Origin: Azolla caroliniana
Lineage: Eukaryota; Plantae; Polypodiophyta
Reading direction: 5' to 3'
Assembly: GCA_043228905.1 (NCBI GenBank)
Contig: JBHGNT010000010.1
Location: 20,274,001 to 20,338,000, forward strand
DNA: 64,000 bases
A program made the translations under genes and the position numbers. Every line of letters begins with the position of its first letter. The stretch's first letter is position 1. Positions 54,512-64,000 of the stretch are shown here, piece by piece. The notes beneath the pieces were generated by a model. That model was not told the origin of the DNA, ran no database searches, and saw nothing but the letters and a program-made list of their open reading frames with translations.

Positions 54512-54852
54512 AGGAAGACATATACATAAAAAAATATACATATACATATACATATAAAAAATATATACCCGACAGAAGATGTGGAGAGCTCGGCGGATAT
54601 GGAGGAATGGTGCAGGGAACCTGTACTTTCTTCTTCTTCTTCTTCTTCTTCTTCTTCTTCTTCTTGATGGTGACTGTGATGAAGGAGAAGGAGAAGCAGA
54701 AGAGAGAGAGAGAGAGAGAGAGGCTCTGAAGAAAGGAAAGAAAGACAGGAAGAAGCTTTGAAATATGTATGTATGTAATGTATGTAATGTATGTATGTAA
54801 TGTATGATGTAATGTATGTAATGTATGTAATGTATGTATGTATGTATGTATG

Positions 54853-54882
<30 letters not shown>
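54460..54882. repeat. Microsatellite cluster (AG)n, (TTC)n, (TATG)n in the actin leader/promoter region
   Basis: Seen directly. It accounts for the low-complexity ORFs at 54422-54958. Confidence 0.92.
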
Positions 54883-54884
<2 letters not shown>

Positions 54885-54930
54885 AGGAGGAGAATAGAGG
54901 CTTTGTGGGGCTCCTCTCTGTGTCTCACAC

Positions 54931-55101
54931 AAGACCAGACCAGACCGGATTGGGTCACGCCAGACTAGACCAAACCGAATAGAGTTAGGCTAGACCGGGC
55001 CAGACCCCACCAGACTATATTTGGTCAAGCTCGACCGAACCTGACCACACCACACCACACTGGATTGGATTGGATTGGATTGGATTGGGTCTGGCCGGAT
55101 T
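54931..55101. repeat. Pentamer mosaic (AGACC)n/(ACCAC)n/(TGGAT)n upstream of actin
   Basis: A 5-bp periodicity is visible across the segment while the unit sequence drifts. Confidence 0.75.
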
Positions 55102-58100
55102 GTACCCCCATACTAAAAATTACTCATCACGAAAGTCACGTTGTTGCACCTGAAATCGTGTCGCTTGCTGACATGAAGTTGAGTAAGTCTGTGTCGACAT
55201 GCTTTTTGCGGACATGGAATTGGAATCGCTTGTTTCCCATTACCTAAAGCCGCTCGTGCTATCAGAGAATGAGAAAAACCATGCCCGTACACGATCCCTC
55301 CTCGTTTGCAAAACAAATAAGTACAACCACCCTAAACCCTTCTTACGAACCCAAGCTCATGCATTCGCAACACATCTCCCTTCATTGATAGAATACAAGC
55401 TCTAGTTGTCGATGGATACATCTAGACTTCTTCTTTTTCTGAAAGTCTCCTATCATCATAAATCCTTCTTCGTCTACAAGTATATGTCGGTTCCTTGTAT
55501 GATCCACCTATGCCCATCACAATTTATACGTGAAGCTTGTTGCTTCGTCCACCACGAATCTTTCCTCCCCTTCAAATGAACCAACACTTAAATTCGTCCC
55601 ACATACAATGTATGTTGAAACACCTTAGTAGAGCCATTGTGCTATTTTTTGAAGTATGAGCAATCCCCGAAACAATGGGGTATTGTTTCTTCATTTAATT
55701 ATAATATATATGTGCACAAATTCCCACTACACATTAGCCATGACCGAGAATCCATTGTGAACAGTTATGTTTTATATGTCATATATAAGGTGATTAAAAT
55801 TACTTGTCTAGAATGTCTAGAATGCAGGGAAAGTGTCCACCTTCTTATTTCCAAACTTATGTAAACATACAAGGAGGTTTTCCATAACATGTAGATTCTA
55901 ACATCAAATGTGTTTTTAGCCTATTCATAAACCATTCGTAACATAAATGGGGATAATCAACGACTGCATTGTTGTAACAATATGTCGTTACAATCATAGT
56001 CAAATGGGAAGGGACCTAAGACACTTGTTTCATCTTCATATTGAAGGGAAGGGTATGTATGTACTACTAATATGGCATCTCCTTTAAATGTGCACTGTAG
56101 CATAGCATCTCGCTTTTGTCACCATAAAGGACCAATAAATTTGATAAAGGACATTAAATACAAATCCGCAGTATGTACCATACGCATCTCATTTCCCATA
56201 GCCGCCACAAGGCATCACAGTATTTTATGAATGACATTAAATGCAAATCCAACTTTGGAACAAATTGGCATCTTGCTTTAGCCTCCATAAACCTACAAAG
56301 TGTGTATATGTACTTTGGAATCCATACTCAAACATACAACTATGGTAACATTATTTGTTTACATACTTAATGGTTGTTGAAACAACCACCTTTGGTCACA
56401 AGTAACTAGATACATTGTTGATCTAGTGGGGAATCTTACGTGCCTCTGATCGACATCATTTCACTTTTTTGAGACAATGATAATTTTGGAAAGAAATCTA
56501 CATTTTCTTCTCTTGGCTTATCTTCTACATGTTGCATATGTGCATTGTAAATTTGGATTATTTGTCTTAATTTTAACGGCCTAAAAACATACGACGTTGG
56601 ATTTATTTGAGAAATAAACGTTACATCTTGAAATTTGCCAATATAACATAGTAGAAGAAACAAGCTTATTCCTCGATAGTAAGAAGATGGGCAAATCTTC
56701 ATGTCTCATTGAAAGTTGACATTGTCACAATCTCATACACATTCTTAGTTTCAACTTTCAACTCTATTGAAGAGAGATCTTTGCATGGTCTCATCTAAAT
56801 GATCCATGGTTGAGAGCTCATAACAACAACCCATGAGTTTGAACCAACAATTGGCATGACTTCACAGAGCGTGACCAAATTAGGGCAATGAACATGGCCT
56901 CAATCCATCCAATGGTTGCACACACATCAAGACAATCTTTGTCGTCTATTTTTACATATTATTTAGATATATATTTGTTGAGAGCAAAGCCTTGGTGAAC
57001 GACAACCATAAGTTTAATGGTCCTAGTTAGTGAAATTCCTTGTTGGATAAGTTAATGGGTCGTCAACAACAAGTACCGTGTTGTGGTCCTAAGATGTCAC
57101 TTCACTTTAGATTTCTACCAATTTCGGGTTTTGGGATTCAAACCTTTTTTCATGTCCAACGTGAAGAAAAAGCTACATGATGCTTTTGGATATTCGGTTT
57201 CCCTAAATTCAAAATCTATAACTTTAAGACATATACCCACAGACTCCAAAGGTTAAACAAAAATTCAAATTTACAAAAAAAAAGGCATTCGGAAAAAACC
57301 ATATTTGAAAGTTAGACCAATGTATAGTACAACATGAAACCTAACCTTACACTAAATCAATTTAATAAAAAACCTATCACTTGTTCGATAAAAGATTAAA
57401 CTAATGAAAAACACGGTAAAGGCATAAAGCAAATAGTGTTATGTTGATTCAAACTGCGAGCCTATGGGCAACTTAGTGGGGCCATCCAACAACCTGAATT
57501 TCCTTGCCCAAATCTCGATGTACCCCCTTTGTTAAGCCAAGTTGATTGATTGTAGAGCTGCATGAATATCTCATTCCAAATAAATATTGCCATAATCCGA
57601 AGATTGAGATACTATTCAATGCTCCCCTGTCACCTCCATAAAGTCGATGCATTCTCACACATGAAGTGACAATACAAAATCATACCACATAACTTTGTTT
57701 CATTGTAAGAATGATTTCCTTTGTCATGTTTTTCAATGCTCTTAAAAAATGTCATGCTCGTAATGTTGGGAATCTCGATTTAGCCGTCATAAAGGGTTAT
57801 CATTTGTATAGAGCACAAATTCATGTTCAATTTTTTTTCCGTTCTGTATGTATTCAAATGAATAAAATATGACCCCATGACTCTAAAATCGAAATAGTTG
57901 TATTCATTGCATTAGGACTTGAACAAAAGGTATTTTAAAAACATTTAGAATCGAGAGCAATTCCAATACAAGTCAAGGTTTCTTCGAAAAAACTACTTGC
58001 CAAAGACTGATGAGTTTGACTAGGAGATCACAATGATGATATTTTAATGTCTATGAGGGCCATCATGACCAATGGGACCAACAATCATCACAAAACATTT

Positions 58101-58764
58101 TCCCCGTTTGTGTAATGTGGGGGAATTTAAAAATGGTGCACAAAATGAAAAACTAAAAGTTCACATTATAAACAAAGCTTGATCCCTAATTTCACAACAT
58201 GGATCTACCATGAGTTTGGATTTGTGGTCGAGTAAATGTTCAAAGAGCATTCTTGATGTTGTCAATAATGGTCCCATCCTTGTTCTTGTTGGAGTTAAGA
58301 CAAGTGCAACTTGACCTGATCACTCAAAGATCTTACAAGAGCAGTATAGGAAAAAAATGGCAAACAATGAGCAAGAACACAACACTCAATGATGGAAGAT
58401 AACAAAGGCTAAATGCACAAACACAGACATATTGGTTTTGCTAATTACAATAGTAGGTACAAATACAAATTGGAAGAGTACTCGCACTCCGAAGTGACAA
58501 TATAATTCGTCTCAAAGGATTTTATTCACTAGGTTGATCCAATTTGACATGTCCCTCTTGTGTGTGTTAATATATAACTATCTCCCACCAAAGGCTAACA
58601 CACAAATAAGAGTTTATGAAATTGTATATGCATGCAATTACCTATCTCTACATACATGTTCCATCATGCACGCGTTCGACATTTGACATGTGTGGAGCCA
58701 AAAACATTATGGCACGAACCTACGTGTGCTACTTGAAATCTCAATGGAAATTAGTGCCTTAAAT

Positions 58765-59342
58765 TAGCAGTTGGCAATGGTTCGGGTTGAGGGTGTCAAA
58801 CTCAATTTATTCCACACCAAATAGTTGACATTTTCTTAATTTTAAAAACCAAACCAAACCAAGTGGTGAAACCATTACAATCAAAGCATTGGAAGGATTT
58901 CCAAGCTCAAACATAAGAGTTCAAGCAATTCACAAACAATTAAGCTTCGTTTTGTAGTTCGATTTTGGTGCAAACCAATCTTTTGTGTAATTTTTGCACA
59001 ATTATTTAATATAGAGTTTTCCAAACAAAATTTTCTTGCTAATAAAATGGGGGAAAAGGAAAGATTCGATCTTAAAATGTTATAACTTATTGATTAATAG
59101 GCTATACCTCTTAACTTTATAAAGTTAGTTCGATTTTAGTAAATATTTCAATAATGACTTATCCCTAAACCATTGAGCAATAAAAGTTGCAATTCGATAC
59201 CAATTAAACCACAAACCCCCAAGCCAAAGCAAACAATTTATTAATTTCTAAACTTGAACTAGAGTAAACAAAACCAATTACACCATTAAGCCATGGTTTT
59301 TGCGGTTTAATTTGGCTCAAACAAAATTGTTGCTTATTGCTA
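58765..59342. mobile_element. Decayed full-length hAT-type MITE (about 578 bp)
   Basis: Imperfect TIRs TAGCAGTTGGCAATGGTT / AATTGTTGCTTATTGCTA. The flanks ccttaaat/ccgaaaac match at 5 of 8 positions. It shares gtgtcaaactcaa with the 37366 copy and ccattaagccatgg with the 35119 copy. Confidence 0.65.
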
Positions 59343-61329
59343 CCGAAAACTTAAACAATAATTAAGTAGTTACACACCTCTCACAATTAAAATCATTTTG
59401 CCTAATCTTATAGCATAAATTAAGATGGTACCCACATGTAGTACAATACTTATGATAATCTCCAACTTGTTGGCTTGCAATGAAAAAGCGTGGTTAACTT
59501 TATGCAAAAATTACTGAGACCAATGGTTATCTTTGAGGGAAAGTGGTGCCAACATAGTGACTACTTTTGAGTAGGTAGTTTGGCTCTATACAATTCGTCA
59601 TTATATGCTAATTAGGTCACCTCTATATAGCATAGGTGTGGGATATCATATGCAACCATTTCATCTTTTGATTTGTTCATCTCCATGGCATGTTGTTAAC
59701 CTCCTTTCCCGCATGTGGGAAATATTGTTTAGGTGTTATGGGCCTCTTTGACCACTACTCTCCATGCGGGGATTGTATAGATGCCTCAAATAGTGGTTGC
59801 ATTAAATCTTCTAAAGTCCACACATATTGAAATATGACCATTATTATTATTTGGGTACTAATGCTACTAGGGATGCCAATTAGTATTGTCAATACAATAC
59901 ATTATGCCAATTTGAGCATTTTTTCTATTTTATTAGGCATAAAAGTTCATTGGTACAAGCCTTTTCCTAAATGTTGTTGCGTTATCTTGAAAGGGGATAG
60001 TGAATGACCACATTGGGTAGCACTTCATTCATATGCGCATAACTCTACTTGAAAATGTGTTTATAACCTTTGATAGATTAACTTTCTTTGATTCATGTGG
60101 GTTTGTCAAAAGGTAGCACAATGTGTGACTCTTGCTTGCACAATTTTAAGTTCTCTAGAAATTCCACATCCTTCTTGTCATTGAGTTATAAACAAAAATT
60201 TTAGGTCAAGTCGTTAGCTTTTTAGTCACTATAGTTGATGTACATATTTACTTCATAAACTTTTGTGGGTATAACTAGTGACATTAGTAAGCTCCACGCT
60301 TTTATTTTACGTGGTTTAGCTTGATAGGTTTGGTTAAACCTCAATGGATATGCATAAAGTGTGAAATCGGAGCCTCCATTTTCCCATGTCTGATACATCG
60401 ATGTTGCAAAACAACATCATTCAACGAGGAATTCATTAATTCTTGCTCAAGAGAGGGGTGCGGGTCCCGGGAGACAAAAAAAAGGGTAACTCAAAGTGGG
60501 AGAGGAACACTGAAGGATCATATACTAAACATTTTTCCTTCGTGTCTCTTGGACTGAATTTCAAAACATAGATTTTATTAGGTCATATCATAGCCTGCTT
60601 CGTTGGCTTTGATTCAACTATTTGAACTCTGACATCTGATATCATATGAGGATGCTATGAGCTTTTTGATTCACGTGGGCGCGCTTTGTTTGCCCCTGTA
60701 TGACTTCTGCCACAACTTTACATTTTCCTTCATGTACATGTTGTAACGAGAGGGAAATCGTGCATAAATATTTGAAAGAGGGGTCACTTGCTATGAACAA
60801 AATAACATTGCAAATTCAAGAGTATAGACCAAAATGTTAATCTTAAAAGCCAAGAAAGAATCATTAATTGAAGCAAATGTTGAAACGAAATCTAAACTTG
60901 TGGCAAAAGAAGATGCAATCACTACAAATCGAAGAGATGTTCTCAATAAGAAGACGCCAAAGGAAAATGTTCAATGAAGTTAACGTGAATCCTCTTCAAA
61001 GGATGCATGAGATGCCAAAAAACTATATGAAGGAGAGAAAAGGAAGTAAACGATTGTTATTATAGGGAATCAGGATGCAAAGAGAGGAACCCTCAGAAAT
61101 CACTCTCCCTCACTGGAAATATCATGATTTTTTTTGACAATGTTTGTGCTTTATATCCATTTGATTGTACTTTATAACATTCATAGTGTTTTGCTCTAGT
61201 GAAAAAAACATGACACTATCACAACATTTTGTGCTTATGCGTGCAAGCACATGTACTTAGCAATTGTCAAATCCTCATACATATTACATACTTTATGAAG
61301 TTTATTTATATATTTCAAAAATGTCCCTC

Positions 61330-61511
61330 AAACTGTTAGTTATGGTTTGAGGTTCACAAACCATTAAGCCAATAAAGTCTCAAACCAAACCGAACCCCCA
61401 AACCAAACTATTTATAAATTTATAAACTTGAATCAAACTAGCTATTAAGCCTCTAAGCTGTTAAGCTATGGTTTATTGATCCAATTAGACTCAAACTGAA
61501 ATTGATTCCTA
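61330..61511. mobile_element. Partial hAT-type MITE (right end)
   Basis: aaaccattaagcc and aaaccaaaccgaacc motifs, ending in gattccta like the TIR at 41002-41009. Confidence 0.55.
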
Positions 61512-63749
61512 CTCCTTGCCACACGTTTGGCAAGTGGCTTCATGTTGAAACTAGGTGATCAAGTCACAAGACTTGTTAGTTCATTGAGATAGTTTGTTTG
61601 TTTTGGGGAGGAACAACAACCTACTTGCAATGTTGCACGTTAATGTTGCGATGTTATCTTTGTGATTTGCAAGGAATTCAGTCACCATGTGAAAACTGTT
61701 GTGACTATAACATCTAATGTCTATAAGCATTCTATATGGATGTATCATGTAAGCGTCTCTATATCTCATAAAATTGGGAGCTATATTTGCTAAATTTGGT
61801 AGATTTGCTACTATAATTAGTGGGTGAGGTCTCCAATTATTGTGTATTGTCCCCTCTCCATTAGAAAGACTATCGTTTTATGCATTGGAGTGCTACCCAT
61901 GGGTTTGTGTTATGCTTTCATTGGTTGAGGTAAAGTTGGTGCTTGACATTTGCTCAAGGTTTGAGTGTTACCATTTTCCTTTTGAAGGTCTAATTGTTTA
62001 CCAGCTAGGTTTAGGGTGTTGTGTGCAATTTGTTTTCTAACTTAGTTGAGCATGAGTCTAGTGATGCCAATTTAGTGATAAAAATTATTCACATATTTAC
62101 TTGCCTGATAAGTACTCTATTGAGTTATTGGAGCATTGTACAATTGTTCTACCAAAATATCTAGTTACATTTCTAGGACCTTGATTTCTATTTTTGGATC
62201 GACAAGTCCAAGGGTTATTTTTGTCACTAAACTCTATAGCTCATTTTAATCTACTAACTCCTTGTCCTAGATCAAATTTGGTCTCACATCAAATTCTTGA
62301 TTTGGGTAGATTTTCTGAATTTGATAATGTTTGACGAACATTTCATTTGTTAATGTGGGCTTGTAGCTCTATATTTTGTAGGTGGAGTATGTTAGAGCTT
62401 AAAAAGTGAGACAATTGTTATTTGATTATGTGCTTTGTCTCTAATGACATGGTATGTCAATGAGCATGTGGTCTACGTGAGAGTGTAGGTGGTTGGAGTT
62501 CTAAAATTGTACATGCGGGGCCTTGAGTGCTGGGATTTATCGGAGATAAAGTAGCCTCCATTTTCTTTGAGGTATCTTTTTTCACACATGTGAAAAAAGA
62601 CTTATTTTAAATTCCTTTGACATACTTTATACTTGCCAAATAGGTAGCTCATGTGTTTGATAACTAATCCCATGATTAGAAAATTGTATGGTTTAAAAAA
62701 AATTTAAGGTTAAATTAAGCTTTGTGACTCGGATGTTGTATCCGTAGGCTTGTTCCATACAATAAAAAAGACATGAAGAGTTAAATGTATGGTAAATGCT
62801 CCACGACCACATTAAAGAGATGGATGATGACAAAGATTCAATGTGCACATCATCGTTGGCAACTTCACTATTCACAATTGCAATTACAATACTATTCACA
62901 AGAGTTCTCTCGGTGTATTACCCTCCAAGCTCTAAGTTTCTGATATATACTTAGTATTGGTGGGTTCATATTAGGTTGGCCCAAATTCCAAATTGGCCTT
63001 TCCCTCTAGTGTGAGAACCAGGTTTCATATATCTATTGGATATGGTCATGTTTAGTGCTCATTATTGTTGAACTTTGTGTATTCTTGTAACCCCTATTTG
63101 CAAATGAATGGTAGAACAATTGTGAAAAGATAGACTATTCACTGAAAAATCAACACTCATTGTGCATACTTGAAGATGAAGCTTGCTTAACGGTGAAGGA
63201 ATTGCCTACATGACACATTACATGATGTATACACATTCACATTCATATACTACATTCTATGGGAATGTGTTTCTTAACAAGAAATGATGAGTAGTTGCCT
63301 TTAACAATGACTTTTAAATGCTGAAATATTATAGATGGGAACCGGGACGTGTTTTTACCATACAACAATTGTGGAGGGTTTTTTGATTTCACATGAGAAT
63401 TTTACACTATAATCTCGGGCTAGGCAAGTCTCGTAGTGCTTGATTCTCTGTATTTCTAATTGTCTCACACTCAAATAAATGGTTAAGTACATGCAATACG
63501 TAGCATGACCCATCAAAACATTGCCATTGGTACTAAAGACCAAGTGCAGGACCAAGAAAGAAAGAGAAAAATATATTAATGTCTCTTAAGAGGAGGGGAA
63601 CACCATAAAGTTAACTTTACTAGAGCGTCACTCCACTTTGAAAGGGGACAACTTCTTTATAAAAGAACTACAAATATCACTTTCATACCTTTTTGTTTCT
63701 TCTTCTTGAATCTTGAATCTTCTCTTTCCCCAAGACTTAAGCTAGCTCA

Positions 63750-63751
<2 letters not shown>

Positions 63752-63821
<70 letters not shown>
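63752..63821. repeat. (CT)n(AT)n microsatellite
   Basis: Seen directly. Confidence 0.95.
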
Positions 63822-64000
63822 GTCATACTAAGTAGTAAGGAGGGATTAGTGTTAAGTTCTCTTTGAGCAAAATCCTAACCATCTCTTCTCTTTTATCCCA
63901 TTGGTTATAGTTACTCATTGAAGTGTGGTTAGTTATTATGTGTGTATAATTTTACTTGCCTATGTTATCTAATGCTAAAGCCCTAATATGGAATGAGTGA

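Noticed and set aside
54422-54958. Poly-Arg/Lys and HTYI-repeat ORFs
   Set aside because: They are translations of (AAG)n, (TACA)n and (CT)n microsatellites.
55300-63600. Short ORFs in the right-hand intergenic region
   Set aside because: They have no recognisable domains or consistent splice structure. They are probably old TE debris but cannot be classified here.

Overview
AT-rich eukaryotic (land-plant) nuclear DNA with GT-AG introns, many (TA)n/(TATG)n/(AG)n microsatellites and decayed transposons. The lineage cannot be fixed from sequence alone. I reconstructed five intact spliced protein-coding genes by hand, with phase-consistent junctions: (1) an MA3-domain translation regulator of the PDCD4/MRF family (minus, 3 coding exons, about 707 aa); (2) the HSP90 co-chaperone p23 (plus, 7 exons, about 186 aa), with a perfect (TTAGGG)9 tract in intron 1; (3) a UDP-glucuronate 4-epimerase (minus, 12 exons, about 463 aa), unusual because the well-studied angiosperm GAE genes are intronless; (4) a 22-exon alpha-glucan phosphorylase (minus, about 1045 aa) with a transit-peptide-like leader and an N-terminal ACT-like domain; (5) a canonical actin (minus, 4 exons, 377 aa). 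Non-coding DNA includes a 5'-truncated LINE bounded by a perfect 15-bp target-site duplication, a family of hAT-type MITEs (two with clear 8-bp TSDs), SINE-like remnants, a possible solo LTR and several local tandem duplications. The most interesting biology is the ACT-fused phosphorylase and the intron-rich GAE. I found no CRISPR array, rRNA or intact tRNA. No database searches were run, so family calls rest on recognised motifs.
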